64,000 bases of DNA, taken from assembly GCA_965240325.2 (NCBI GenBank), contig OZ251224.1, positions 1,302,001 to 1,366,000 on the forward strand. The letters are read 5' to 3'. Below the pieces are notes generated by a model. The model did not search any database. It worked only from the letters and a program-made list of their open reading frames with translations, and had not been told where the DNA came from. This document shows positions 35,112-47,898 of this stretch, in pieces. Numbering within the stretch: position 1 is the stretch's first letter; every line of letters begins with the position of its first letter. Source of the stretch: Rebecca billardiae RCC1528 (lineage: Eukaryota; Protista; Haptophyta). Position numbers and translations under genes: made by a program.

Positions 35112-35601
35112 CGTATATTATAATATATAAATAAAGTCTAAACTTAAGGTCAGTAACTGACTAACAGTCCCCGTAGTCGGACTCAGCAGTGACTCAGCTC
35201 TGTAATCCCTGAGCGCCCTGCCCTTAGCAGAGCGGGCTGAGGCTTGAGGCTCTGGCCTGAGGCTCGCCGCCCCGTACCCCGGCCCGCCGCGAGGCGCGAG
35301 TGAGAGTACCGTACGACGTACTGCGTGACACGGTACTCCGAGTAGTCGAATCGGAATCCGTGACTCGCCGTGAGCGCGACCGTTGATTCGTGATAGTCGT
35401 ACTTGTAATGGTGCCCGCGCCCCGCGGCGGCCGCGCGGATCCATCGGAGCCGACGCAGTGGGGCGGCAGTGCCAGTGGCGACGCCGACGGCGAAGGGGAC
35501 GCGGTCGTAGCCTCGGTCTCACGCCAATCTGGCAGTCACCGCCAGTACGCGGCTGACCACGACCACCATCGCTGTAGTCGCCACCGTCGTTGCGACACAC
35601 G

Positions 35602-36678
35602 TCAGTCGTTATCGTCAGCCGCAGGCGGCGGGCCGCCGCGGAAGACCGCCCACGGCAGCAAGATGTCCGGCACGTTGTCCTCCAGCCAGCGCGGCACGCT
35701 GACGCCCTCGGCGCGCAGCTTGGGGAACACGTATGACGGCAGGAGGAACTGGAGCGAGCGGATGGACGGCGGCTGCCTGCCATCCTCGTCGTCGAAGCCG
35801 TATTCACGCGCGAGCTCGGCCACGACCTGCACGGACCCGGAGACGGCCTGCTGCGCCTCCGGCGACGCCGTGCACAGCGCGACGACCGCCTTGCCTGAGA
35901 AGGCGGGCGTCTCACCGCGCGCGAGGTCGAGCCCGCCCGATGCGGAGGCCCACTTGTCCTCTCGCGCGAGCTCGAGGTTCCCCTCCGTCTGGACGAGGCC
36001 CGGGTATAGGCTCACGACCGAGATCCCTGTGCCCCGCAGCTCGACGTGCATGTCCGACGCGAGCCGATCGAGGGCACACTTGGCGACGCCGTAGGCGACG
36101 TTGAATGTGTAGGCAGTCCCGCCAAACGAGCTGATGTGGAAGATCTGGCCGCCGCCGCGGCGCAGCATGAGCGGCACCGCGAGGATGGAGCACAGGTAGT
36201 GGTTGCGCAGGCCCACGCCGTGCACGCCGTCCCACATCTCCATCCCCTGCTTCCAGAACGAGTCGCGGAACACAGACTCTCGCGCCACCTCAGTCGAGAA
36301 GGCGTTGTTGACGAGGATGTCGATGCATCCGTCGTTCTCGTCGGCGATGCGCGCGAACGCGCGCTCGACGGCTGCGTCGTCACTGTGATCGCATGCTAGC
36401 GCCCGGCCAAGACCTCCGGCGCGCGTGACATCCTCGGCCGTGCGCTCGATCGTGAGCGCATCGAGCTCCGAGCCTGCCAGGAACTTGGGCCGTTCGCGCG
36501 GCGGCCGGCCTGTCACGTACACGGTGGCACCCGCGCGACCCAGCTCGATTGCGATCCCGCGACCGATCCCGCGGCTGCCCCCCGTGACAACCGCCACCTT
36601 GCCGGTCAGCGGTGAGGTCGCCTCCGCCGCACATGCTAGGACAAGCACCAAGGCCGCCATGCCCACCACTGCCGCCAT
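35602..36678 (-). CDS. Short-chain dehydrogenase/reductase, DHRS1-like
   Basis: TGGSRGIGRGIA, GATVYVTGR, CDHSDD, LVNNA, YGVAK (YxxxK); signal-like N-terminus. Confidence 0.9.
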   Translation of the reverse strand: MAAVVGMAALVLVLACAAEATSPLTGKVAVVTGGSRGIGRGIAIELGRAGATVYVTGRPPRERPKFLAGSELDALTIERTAEDVTRAGGLGRALACDHSDDAAVERAFARIADENDGCIDILVNNAFSTEVARESVFRDSFWKQGMEMWDGVHGVGLRNHYLCSILAVPLMLRRGGGQIFHISSFGGTAYTFNVAYGVAKCALDRLASDMHVELRGTGISVVSLYPGLVQTEGNLELAREDKWASASGGLDLARGETPAFSGKAVVALCTASPEAQQAVSGSVQVVAELAREYGFDDEDGRQPPSIRSLQFLLPSYVFPKLRAEGVSVPRWLEDNVPDILLPWAVFRGGPPPAADDND

Positions 36679-36803
36679 GCTGTCGCTCAGCCACCGGACC
36701 AACACCGGCATCTCCAGGACTGACGGGATCCATCATCACCATCTTGGTCGCGAACTCTCGCGGGCCGAGCGACTCTGGGCAGGGGGCGAGAAGGGGCACG
36801 ACG

Positions 36804-37052
36804 ATGCTGGCGCGCACGTTCAAGCGGTTCGCCTCGGGGGGATCGTCGGGCCACTCCAGGTGGACGACGTACACCACGTCGCCTTACGAGCTCAAGGTGA
36901 TGCAGGGCATCATGGAGGAATTCAAGAAGGGCTTCGTCCGCGACGGCGCAGACTACGTTAAGGACATTGCCCCGGCGCTCATCGCCGGGGTTGGGCTTGT
37001 GTACTGGGCCGACGGGTACTTCCACCACAAGCAGCTGCACGATCGCTTCTAA
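36804..37052 (+). CDS. QCR8: Cytochrome b-c1 complex subunit 8
   Basis: 82 aa; TYTTSPYELK followed by a single TM ending in W. Confidence 0.75.
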   Translation: MLARTFKRFASGGSSGHSRWTTYTTSPYELKVMQGIMEEFKKGFVRDGADYVKDIAPALIAGVGLVYWADGYFHHKQLHDRF

Positions 37053-37808
37053 GCGCTGGGCAGCTCGCTCCACTCGCGCCCGCGGCCATCTGCCCCCTCC
37101 GCCCGCTGCGCAGGGTTCGAGCACCGTGCACAGGCGAAGCACCTGGTGTCTGCGGCATGGCGGGTGGGTGGGCGCAGGCTTCACTTCAGGCTGCCAGCGT
37201 CTTGCTCGCCGCTGCTCTGAGCGTGACCATCTGCTCTCCGGCGCTGCTGAGGCACACGTCGCTGGCGTCTTCGACCAGATTTGGTCGTTGGCTGACGCGG
37301 CTGCCCACAGGCTGCAGGCTCAGCAACCCCGTCAGCCCGGCCAGCCGGTCCGAGTCAGCACGGCGCTTGCGTACTCCTGACACTGCCAAGGCTGCCGCTG
37401 AGGCACGGCCCGCGATGCTCCTTTGGGGTGTCGGCTGCAGACAGAGCTGTACGCATGTATCGGGGACCGCACGAGGGCACCCCGTACGTATGGGTAACAG
37501 TGTACATCATCTGCTCAATTTCACTGATTGTCTTATATCGGCGTGGCCTCACTGTCAAGGCTCAACGAGCTGAGAACCGACGAGACCCGCCCGCCGCTGG
37601 CCGCAGAATCGGGCATTCTCGGTTGATTTGTTTTTCCGGGCATTGCGAAAAGACCGCGCGCGGCTTGGAGCGCGCGGGCGTGCCGACGACGATGACAGCG
37701 ACGGGTCCCGACAGCACCGGACTGTCTCGACTCCTAGTAGTGCGGCGGACGTGTGCTGTCCGCCATTTCTTTCGCGGCCCAAGCAACATCGCGAGGGCGC
37801 GAGGAGGA

Positions 37809-40800
37809 ATGGCCGTGGGGGTGCGTCGCAGGCGCTGACCCTCGGCGCCAGCGGCCGGTGCGCTGGTGCCTGCATGTGCGTCCGTGCCACGGCGCGCCGC
37901 CCGCTGACCGGCCCGCGCGCACGCACCCGCGCGCTCGCACGCGCGGGCACGCACCCTGCGCGCACCCTGCACATGCATCGGCGCGGCCGATCGTGGGGGC
38001 GCTGCGCTGCGCGCAGGGGGACGATGACATCATTAGCGCACAACACGTCCCTGGCGACGAGACCCCAGGGCAGCTCGCCGAGGATATGGGCATCTCACCA
38101 GCAGACGCGCCGCTGGGCGCGGGCGACAAGGTGATTGGTCCGCAGCAGCCTGAGAACGACAAGTGCACGTACACGTGGGTAGTGGAGAACTTCCTGCGGA
38201 TCAGGCTGCTCAAGTACCACTCGCCGGTCTTCTACTCCGGCCCGCACGCGTGGCGGCTGCTCATGTTCCCGCAGGGGAACAACTGCGGGATGCTTTCGGT
38301 CTACCTCGACGTTGCAGACGGGATGCAGCTGCCGCAGCACTGGTCGCGGCAGGCGCACTTCTCGCTGACGGTGCGCAATCACCTGGATCCGAGCCGCGCG
38401 GTGACGAAGGAGTCGGACCACGTCTTCCACTCGCGCGCCAACGACTGGGGCTTCCGCGAGTTCGTCCCGCTCAAGGACGTGCGCGACCCCGCGGCCGGGT
38501 TCATCAGCAGCTCGGGCGCGCTCATCATCGACTGCGCGGTCGAGGTGACGTGGCAGCCGCAGCAGCACTTCGACGCGAAGAAGGAGACGGGGTTCGTCGG
38601 GCTGAAGAACCAGGGGGCGACGTGCTACATGAACTCGCTGCTGCAGACGCTCGAGCACATCCCCTTCTTCCGCAAGGCCGTGTACCACATGCCGACCAAG
38701 GAGGACGAGGACGCGGAGAACTCGATCCCGCTCGCGCTGCAGCGCATCTTCTACAAGCTGCAGCACTCGGACACGTCGGTCTCGACGAAGCAGCTGACCA
38801 AGTCGTTCGGCTGGGACGCGTCGGACACGTTCATGCAGCACGACGTGCAGGAGCTCAACCGCGTCCTCGTCGACAAGCTCGAGGAGAAGATGAAGGGCAC
38901 GTCGGTCGAGGGCACGATGGCGCACCTGTTCGAGGGCAAGCTGACCAACATCGTCAAGTGCGTCAACGTCGAGGACGAGTCGCGGCGCGAGGAGGCGTTC
39001 TACGACCTGCAGCTCACGGTGAAGGGGCGAAAGAACATCTACGAGGCGCTCGACGAGTACGTGCGCGAGGAGCTCCTCGACGGCGAGAACCAGTACATGT
39101 CGGACAAGTTTGGGAAGCAGGACGCGAAGAAGGGCGTGCGCTTCAAGTCGCTGCCGCCCGTGCTGCAGCTCCACCTGCTGCGCTTCGAGTTCGACTTCGC
39201 GACGGAGCAGATGGTGAAGGTGAACTCGCGCTTCGAGTTCCCCGAGTGGCTCGACCTCGACCGCGACGACCGCAGGTACCTCACCGACGACTCCGACCCG
39301 AACACGCGCAACTACTACAAGCTGCACTCGGTGCTCGTGCACTCGGGCGGGCCGAACGGCGGCCACTACTACGTGTACGTCAAGCCCTTCGGCGCCGAGC
39401 ACGCGAACAAGTGGTACAAGTTCGACGACGAGCGGGTGACGTGCGTCTCGGCGGCGGAGGCGACCGAGGGCGCGTACGGCGACGACTCCTCCGCCGAAAC
39501 GCGCGCCGGCGCGCTCACGCCGGGCGTGGGCGGCTACTACCGCGGCGGCGGCCCCAAGGTGTCGTCCGCGTACATGCTCGTGTACATCCGCGAGTCCGCC
39601 ATCCCCGAGCTCAACTGCGAGGTGGGCGACAGCGACATCGTGCCGCACCTGCGCGCGCAGCTCGAGCGCGAGCAGCTGGACAAGATGCGCAAGCGCAAGG
39701 AGCGCAACGAGGCGCACCTGTACACCGTGATGAAGGTCGCGACCGAGGCGGACCTGCGCGCGCAGATTGGCGAGTCGTCCTTCTTCGACCTGGTCGACCA
39801 CGACAAGGTGGCGCGCTTCCGCATCAAGAAGGAGGAGTCGATCGCCGAGCTGAAGCGGCTGCTCGAGGGCGAGCTGGGCGTGCCCGCGTACAAGCAGCGC
39901 CTCTGGCTGTGGGTGCACCGGCAGAACAAGACCTTCCGGCCGGACAAGCCGCTGCAGGCCGAGTACGCCGACGAGATGACGCCGGTGATGGACGTGAAGG
40001 AGGACGTGCCGGCCGCGCCCGCGTACGCGCGCGTGCAGGCGGAGGTGCGGCTGTACCTCGAGGTGGTGGCGGACGCGCAGCCGCCGGCGCCGCCGGCGGG
40101 CGCGGCGTGCGGCGCGGCCGGCGCCGCCGCCGCGCCGCCCTTCGCCACGCCCGGCGAGTACGCCGACCAGTATGGCGTGACGGGCGTCGCGCCGCTCGCG
40201 CCCGCCGGCGGGCCGCCCTTTGAGCCGATGGACGCGGACCTGCCGCCCGCGTACCCGCTGCTGCGCGCGACGGACATCTTCCTCTTCGTCAAGTTCTTCG
40301 ACCCGGTGGAGCAGTCGCTCAGCTTCCTCGGCACGCACCTCGCGCGCAGCACCGACCGCCTCTCCAACCTGCTCCCCGTGCTGCGCGCCCTGAGGGGGCT
40401 GGGCGAGGCCGTGCAGCTCGACGTGTTTGAGGAGGTCGAGTTCGAGGCGCAGGTGCTCTTCACGCGCATCCGGGAGGACCGCACGCTGCGCGAGGCGGAG
40501 CTGCAGCACGGGGACATCCTCGTGTTCCAGACGCTGCCGATCCCGCCGCCGCCCGGCGGCGCCGCCGCCGACGGCGCCGCGCCGATGAGCGTCGACGCCT
40601 CGCCCGGCGCGGCCGAGCCCGCGCCGATCGGCGGTTTCGACCCCGCGGCCGCGGCCGTGCCGATGACGATCCCGACCTTCTTCGACTCGGTGAAGAACCG
40701 CGTGACGGTGCACCTGTTCAAGCTGCCGCAGGTGAGCGAGCAGGCGAACATTCGCGAGCGCGAGCCGCCGATCAAGCTGCAGATGGACAAGCGCATGTCG

Positions 40801-42197
40801 TACGACGACGTCGTCGCCGCCGTCGGCCGCGCGGTCGGGTGCAACCCCGCACACGTGCGGCTCACGCTGCACAACTGCTACACTGAGCAGCCCAAGCCGC
40901 AGCCGCTCAAGTACAGGGGCGCGGCGCAGCTGCTCGACATGCTCATGTCGTTCCAAAAGGCACGGCGCGCGCGCGCGCCCTCCGCACCACGCCGCGCCCG
41001 ACCCTCACCGCGCCCGTCCCGCCCGCCCCGCGCGCGCGCGCGCCCTCGCCCTTCACCCGCGGCCGCGCCGCGCCGCGCGCACAGACGTCCGACACGCTCT
41101 ACTACGAGGTGCTCGACATCCCCCTCGTCGAGTTCGACTCGAAGAAGAGCCTCAAGGTCTCGTGGCACAACCAGCAGTGCGAGGAGACGGTACGCAGCGC
41201 GCCGCGCCGCCGCCGCGCCGCCGCCGCCGCGCGGCGGCTGCGGCCGAGGCGGTGGCGCGCCGCCGCTCACCGCGCGCGCGCCGCCCGTGCGTCCGCCCGT
41301 GCGTCCGCCCGCTCGGCGCCTCCCGAGCAGAAGGCGCTCAACCTGCTGCTCGCGAAGGAGACGACGGTCGGCCAGGCGCTCGAGATGATCGCGCAGCAGG
41401 TCGAGCTCGAGCTCCCCACGCACGACAGCAGCGGCGCGCCGTACCCCGTCTCGAAGCGCCTGCGCATGCTCGAGCTCTTCACCGCGCGCATCTACAAGGT
41501 GTTTGGGTACGACGAGCTGATCGAGACCATCAACGACCAGTACTGGACCATCCGCGCAGAGGCGCGCGCGCGCGGGCGGCTGTGCGCGGCGCGGCGCGCG
41601 GGCGCGCGCGCGCGGCGGCCGCCGCGCCAACCTCGCGCGCCGCCCCTCCGCCCGCTCTCTCGCCCGCTCTCGCCGCGGCCGCGCAGGAGGTGCCGCTCGA
41701 AGAAAGAGGAATGGGCGCGGACGACAAGCTCGTGCACGTGCGCCACTTCCACAACGACGTCAAGCTCTCGATGATCAACAACTTTGGCGACCCGTTCCTG
41801 CTCATGCTCACGCCCACGGACACGCAGGCGAGCGTGCGCCGGCGGATAGCAAGCCGGCTCAGGATGAGCGACGAGGACTTTGCGCAGTACAAGATCGCCA
41901 CCATCAACGTGGGCCGTGTCGCGTACCTCGACGATGGTGCGTGGCGCGCGCGCGCGCGCGCGCGCCGCCCGCGTCCCAGCACGCCGCTGAGCGCGCGCTC
42001 GCCGACCATGCACGCGCGCGCCTCTCCGCCGCGCAGCCGAGCCGGTCCTCGCGCGCTTCAGGACGCAGGACACCGCACCCGCGGGCAACTTCGAGGATTA
42101 CCTCGGCATCGAGCATCCGTCGCCACCCGCGGGGCCGCAGGCGCGTAAACGGCTGCACTCGCGCTATCACGACAAGCCCATCAAAATCTACGGCTGA
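37809..42197 (+). CDS. USP7: Ubiquitin-specific protease USP7/UBP12 (MATH, USP, UBL domains); introns 37821-38016, 40960-41084 (GC-AG), 41190-41330, 41562-41686 (GC-AG), 41937-42036
   Basis: MATH DWGF; GLKNQGATCYMNSLLQ; QHDVQE; HSGGPNGGHY; spliced C-terminus DYLGIEH...KPIKIYG*. Confidence 0.95.
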
Positions 42198-43283
42198 CCG
42201 CGATCATGACGAAGGGGCGCGGACGCTCCGCGCGCGCAGCGGCGTAGCACGCGGGCCTGGCGGCCGCGACGACTGTCGACGCGCACGCGAGGAGCGCGTG
42301 CGTCGACGGCAGCGAGCCTGGGCCCGCGGTGTCGGTGTCGGCGGTGTGCGTGCGAGTGCCAGGCACTAGGCGCAGCCAGTTTCAGTAGTTTGGCTTTGAC
42401 TCGTGGTCGCGTGACTGTAGCCGATTGGCACGCTCCGGATGACGCGACTGTCACGTGTCAGCTGCGCAGGCCCGGGGCTGACGCGCACCATCACGCCTCA
42501 CTTCGGTGTGCGTGGTCGACTTGTCTCACTCCCGCCAGCCTGAATTAGCTGCCAGTCGGACCGTCATTCACTCCGATTGCCGAGTAGCACTAGCAGTGCC
42601 ACGGCGCCGCTCGGGCGCTCGGCCCGCTCGCCCGCTCGGCCCGAGAGCAGTGTCTGCGACTCTGCCAGTGTCAGTGACCCGGAGACTCGGCGGAGACGGT
42701 CGACGGGCCACAGGCGGGCCGGAGACGGCGGGCCTCGGCCGCGCGCGACTCGGCGGAACCGCAGGCAGCAGCGCACTGCGCAGGCGGCGGCGCAGGCCCG
42801 GCGGCGGCAGGCCGCGCCGGCGAGCCGCGAGTAGTAATTCCGGGACTGCTTGAACTGCGCTCTGAATGATCACTGAGTCACAGCTACAGTGATGAGTCGG
42901 AGTCATAACCGGGTCCAGCCGGGTCGGGCGGCTGATCCGCTGATCATGAAACTTCTGTTGATGATGTCAGATGTACGCCGCACAGCACCATGCGGGCTCG
43001 GGGCCGTCCGCCGCCACTCCGCCCCGGACTCTCACCATCGACTGTCGAGGAGCTCGGCAGGCCGCCGAGGCTGCCATCCGTTGACGCCTAAAGCGCCTGC
43101 TGGCGACGTCACTGTAACGCCCGCGATGACAGCGGTCGTTGCGGGCCGAGCCTCCAGCAGCTGCGGGCCGAGCCTCCAGCAACTAGCCAGGCTGGCGGCC
43201 TCAGGCCCACGCGATAACAGAAGCTGCGCGTGTCGGCGGTCAGCACGGCTGCACGACGTACAGAAGAAGCCGCGTGGCGAGCT

Positions 43284-43641
43284 CTAAGGGTTGGAGATGG
43301 GGTCCTGCGCCTGCGCTGCGCGGTACTTGATCGTCGCACGCTTCCACTCCTTCGACAGCGTCCCAGGGAGCTTGTGCGCAGCTGCGCAAGCAGGCAGGGA
43401 GACAGGGGCGGCGCGCACATCAAGCAGAGGCCGTGTTGGGACAGGCGGCACACGTGGGGCGGAGAAAGTGGGGCAGATATCATCGCATGAGACAGTCCGC
43501 GGGGCGTGGCGTACCCGAGGCCGAGAAGATCATGTAGCAGCTCACGCCGATCGTGCTGATGGCCGCTGTGCCCATCGCGACCACAGCCGTCTCGGACATC
43601 GTGGCCATGAACGCAGGCAGACCCATGGCGAACGGCGCCAT
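43284..43641 (-). CDS. Small COX4-like (cytochrome c oxidase subunit IV) protein, 74 aa; intron 43514-43382
   Basis: Spliced product is one TM followed by KLPGTLSKEWKRATIKYRAAQAQDPISNP*, matching the COX4 P.T...EW...(N/D)PI motif. Confidence 0.7.
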
Positions 43642-45496
43642 CTGCGTCGCGTTTCCGGGCGAATACCACGCGCACAGGGAAGCGGGGGGATGAGCGCCAC
43701 GCCGCGGGCCGGGCTGCCGCACGCGAGCGCCCCACCTTGACGTGTACCCTCTAGACGACGATGGGTGCCCCTCAGCTCGAGCAGTCGAGCCAAGAGGTCG
43801 AGCCCGGTCCCCGACGACTCCCCGGACTTCCCGAAGTCCTGACGAGCCGGCTGAGGAACCGGACTGCTCGGCGGTGCTCACCAGCCCGAGCGGTGGCGGA
43901 GATCACGTCGAGTGGCATTCGCGACGTCCTCGTTTGGGCGAGCTTGCGCCAGATTGCGCGCGCGACGCAGTGGCGCGCGTACCTGGCTAGGGGAGACTCT
44001 GGCAAGCACAGCCGGGTTGATGCATGGCATGGGCATCCTGCAATCTGCATCTTGACCCTTCCCTCTTCATTGCAGTGGACCACGTTGGATAAGTTGGCGC
44101 GGACTCGGTTGCGGACAGCGGAGTGGCGGCGCGGCGGATCTGCGTACAACCAGCAAATGCAGGTGCTGGGTGCACGCGAAAGCTGGCTGTTGAACTAATA
44201 GTTGTGGCACAATGCGCCTCGTCTGCGATAGCGGCACGAGTGCTGACGGCAGACGCGGCAGCTTGTGACACGCAGTCACTCAGTGATGGCTCTGCGCAAC
44301 CGGGGTCGGGGCAGCTGCGCCGCTGCGGGCTATCCGTCTTAGACCGTGACCGAGTGTAGCTATTGCATATACTTCGGGGTGTGGTCGGTTGGGGGATGTC
44401 GGCGAAGAAACGGTGACGTCTGCGACTGCTAGAAGAGTATTCGGCGAGCACGGTGTGTGGCACGAACTGTTCCGACTCTGACTGGATGAGGAGCGCCGAG
44501 CGGATTCAAGGCGGTCAACCTGCCAGCGGACCCAAGCAGACCGGGGTGCGGTGGTGATGAGTCCGCCCAAGTCCGCATGTTACGCGGCACAGACTACAGA
44601 GACAGATCAGCGAACGTGCACGATGGCATGCGCACGGCTGCGGCAACGGTGGTCACGCCGCGGCATCTCGGCAAATAACCAAGTATGGGGGTAATGTCAT
44701 TGTTCGCGTGACTGAGTTGAGAAAACAGCGGGGGCCTAGCGGCCTTTTCCCGGTGGGGCTGGTCGAACACAGCGCGTCTAGGACGCGACGGAGAAGCTTG
44801 CCAGGGCCGGCAGACCCGACGACGATGAGACGAGTTGGCCGTTCAGCGCTGACTAACGGTATCATCCAAGCTGCCGCGTCTTCGCGCGTCGCGTGTGCGA
44901 TTTAGCCATTAGCCAGGTGCGGCAGCGTGGCTCTCCCAGTTCTGCAAGGCCCACCGAGGCGCCAGCGAGGCGCGCGTCGATGCAGTCGATGCAGTCGTCG
45001 CTGCGCACGGCCGCTCGGGCACGGCGGCACGGCAACGGCACGCACCGATCACGCCGTGCGTGCGCGCGTCGGCCATCGACGCGTGGTAGTCGTGCAGCAA
45101 CTGCAGTCCGCACGTCGTGCGCGCTGCTGCCGCCGGACGCCCAGATGGCGCGCGACCGCGTCGGTCGCGGCGGCCTCGCGCGCCGCGCGCGGTTCGGCTC
45201 GACGCGCGGCGTGACCCTCGCGGCGCTCCGCGTTGCGCGCCTCGTCCACGCCGTTCAGCGTGCTCGCCAGCCGCGCTGCGCGAGGCACGCGTCGAGCGCT
45301 GCCGGCGTCTCGCAGTTTGGGTGCGAGGCCGCGGGCGCGCGCGCGCCGGGGGGCGTGGCCTCGTGCGGGTGCACGGCGAGGCGCGCCAGGTCCGTACCGT
45401 TACCGTATTGTATAGGCGGTATGAACTGGGTAAGAAGGGGGTACCGCTAAGATCGCCGCCAGATTTGTGGGAATCGCAACGACATCTCTATGCGGC

Positions 45497-45598
45497 GCGC
45501 GCAAAAATTAACCACATGCGCTTCGATTCCCGAGGCGTGCCCTAATTGGCGCAAAAATTAACCAAGTGCGTTCTCGATTCCCGAGGCGTGCCTAATCA
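45497..45598. repeat. Tandem duplication, 2 x ~50 bp
   Basis: GCGCAAAAATTAACCA..TGCG..TCGATTCCCGAGGCGTGCC occurs twice. Confidence 0.8.
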
Positions 45599-46242
45599 AA
45601 AAACGTTTGAGGCCCCATTCTTCGTATTCCTACTCCGGTATTACTCTCCCCATCAGTACGTCACACACAATTAAAGGGGGTCGGAGCTGGGTCTCCCAGG
45701 GCTTTCTCACGAATTAAAATTGTTTAAAGCTGTGTTCACCAGAATAATCATTGGAGCCTGGAGATTCGGAAGATCCTTCAATCACAATCTCGGTCTGTGA
45801 GCTGTGTGCGTCTCACCGATCCATCTTGCGAGTTGCGACAATCAAACCTGACTGGTTCCGTACCGGCGGCGGAGTTCAGAGAGTGCATCTTCGACCGTGA
45901 ACGACGTGTCTTGTGACTCTTGTCAAACTCCGTGATCGAAAGACCGACGGAGCTACACAAAAACCGCATGTGGATAGATGCGTATTCATGGATTCATCGA
46001 CGAATTCTTCATTGCGCTTTCCGCTGCCACGAGTTTCTTGCAGAGAATGTTCAATGTGGGTGAGAAGCACGCAAAAGAACAGCGCTGGCCTTCTCCGGCT
46101 TCAATGTTGTAGTGGGAAAGCATCTCCGGATGTTTCGTGCCCAAATCGGCCGGCGAACATGAGCATAGGTTCTTGGGAATTCCCCAAGCACGTGCGACCG
46201 GGCACAAAACCTTGGCGAACAGTCCTTCCCCACTCTAAAGTC

Positions 46243-47898
46243 ATGGAGCGGAGAACCGTGGCCCACTGCCTCTACCTCCGGCCGCGCGCGGCCGAGGGAG
46301 ACGCTGATCGCGACCCCGAGTCGCATCTCGAGCGGCTGCTGTGGTCGTACAACGCGGATCTGGAGGTCCAGTTCACCGTCGCGTACGGCATGCCGCTCTT
46401 CGATCCGTACAGCGAGAACAAGTTCGACGTCGCTTTTGTCGACGAGGACGTGCTCCCATCCATCCTCGCCCCGGCAGGGCTGAGCCCGGAGGCACTACGC
46501 GCCGACAAGCTTGTGTACGTGAAGAGCGCATCGTCGTCGCGTGCCGTGCTTCCATTCAGCGCACACGCCTCGCCGTCGTCGTGTATCGTCGTCTCGCGGC
46601 CGTTTTCTTACGAGCGCTTCTGCGAGCTGTGCGCCCTCCAGATCGCCCCCGACCTCAAGCCGTCGCCGCAGCGGTTCGAGTACCACACGTGGGACGTGAT
46701 CCGCGACATCTGGTCCGAGAGCGCGCCTCGGGCGCGCGACCCCTCCGACGCTCGCCGCCGGTACAAGTTTGCGCAGGCGCTGTGCGCTGACAGCGCCGAG
46801 GCGATCGTGATCACGCGGCGCGAGCCCCCCTTCGAGGTGCTCTTCGCGAACCAGTCGTTCTGGCGAGCGGTGGGATGGCCCGAGTCGATGACGGGGCACT
46901 CTTTGCGCTTTCTGCAGGGGCCGCTCACGGACCCCGCCGTCCTCGCGGCGATGCACGCACAGCTCACGTCGGAGACGATGCGCGAGCACGGCCTGGGCGA
47001 GTGGCGCGGCACGCTCGTCAACTACACCATGCGCGACGAGCCCTTTGTGAACAAGCTGCGCATCACGCCCTGCCTCGACGCGGCGCTCTACGTCGGGGTC
47101 ATGAGCGTTGAGCGCGGTGATGGAGACACGCCGCAGAACCTGAACTCCGACGAGGGCCTGTCGCTCTCGACGGCAGTCGCCCCGCCCCACGCCGAGAGCA
47201 TGGAGACGGGGGAGGAGACGGAGACCGCGAGCGAGCGCGCGGGCTCGGGCCAATCTGCGTGCCCGCCGAGCAAGCTACTCGGCGCGGTGCTCGCGCAAGT
47301 GCTGCTGGAGAAGCGCTCGTGCGTTGCGCTCGCGGACGTCGAGCCTCCGCACATCATGCGCTTCGTGAACCGTCCGTGGTGCGAGCTGATCGGCTGCTCT
47401 CCCGTCGATGCTGTCGGCCGTTCACTCTCGTTGCTCGTCGGGCCGCGCACGGCGGACCCAGAGGGCGTGCAGCGCATGGCAGGTCGCGCGCTCTCTTCGC
47501 GCGAGCCGGTCGTGGAGAGCCTCGTGCACTACAAGTGCGGCGGTCGGCCGTTCGCCAACCGGATGACGCTGCAGGTGCTCAGGGACGAGCATGGTGTCGA
47601 GAGGCACCTGGTTCTGCTCTGTGTGGAGGAGCAGCTGAGCGGTGGCAGCCTGCAGAGCTGCTGCGACGCGCAGCAGGACGGCGCCCTCCTCGAGCGCTCG
47701 CTCGTCCCGAGACGCAAGCTTTCGGAGGGGAGCAATGATCGGGCCAGCTACGACGGTGCGGGACCACGTCCACGCCCGGCGATGTGGCGTCCATCTGGAA
47801 CTGTCGACGGGCTCTTGGCAGTCAGCAGGCATCTCGGCGGAGCTCGACCATCGTCTGCGTTCGGCCTCGGCGCGGCAGTCGATCGGTCAATTTCGTAA
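46243..47898 (+). CDS. Receiver-like domain plus two LOV-like PAS domains lacking the photoactive Cys (start uncertain; ORF open from 45913)
   Basis: FDVAFVD...SRPF; AIVIT..PPF..FAN..GHSLRFLQGPLTD..LVNY..PFVN; second repeat FVNRPWCEL.G..GRSLSLLVGPRT. Confidence 0.75.
   Translation: MERRTVAHCLYLRPRAAEGDADRDPESHLERLLWSYNADLEVQFTVAYGMPLFDPYSENKFDVAFVDEDVLPSILAPAGLSPEALRADKLVYVKSASSSRAVLPFSAHASPSSCIVVSRPFSYERFCELCALQIAPDLKPSPQRFEYHTWDVIRDIWSESAPRARDPSDARRRYKFAQALCADSAEAIVITRREPPFEVLFANQSFWRAVGWPESMTGHSLRFLQGPLTDPAVLAAMHAQLTSETMREHGLGEWRGTLVNYTMRDEPFVNKLRITPCLDAALYVGVMSVERGDGDTPQNLNSDEGLSLSTAVAPPHAESMETGEETETASERAGSGQSACPPSKLLGAVLAQVLLEKRSCVALADVEPPHIMRFVNRPWCELIGCSPVDAVGRSLSLLVGPRTADPEGVQRMAGRALSSREPVVESLVHYKCGGRPFANRMTLQVLRDEHGVERHLVLLCVEEQLSGGSLQSCCDAQQDGALLERSLVPRRKLSEGSNDRASYDGAGPRPRPAMWRPSGTVDGLLAVSRHLGGARPSSAFGLGAAVDRSIS

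Noticed and set aside
38095-40956. Long antisense ORFs (953 aa here; also 10833-13040, 7328-9268, 52193-53392)
   Set aside because: Shadow ORFs produced by high GC3 opposite real genes.
12177-41330. Enrichment of in-frame (3n) introns
   Set aside because: About 7 of 20 inferred introns are 3n, which matches chance.
43750-45450. Possible genes between the COX4-like and PAS genes
   Set aside because: No recognisable motifs or consistent exon structure.
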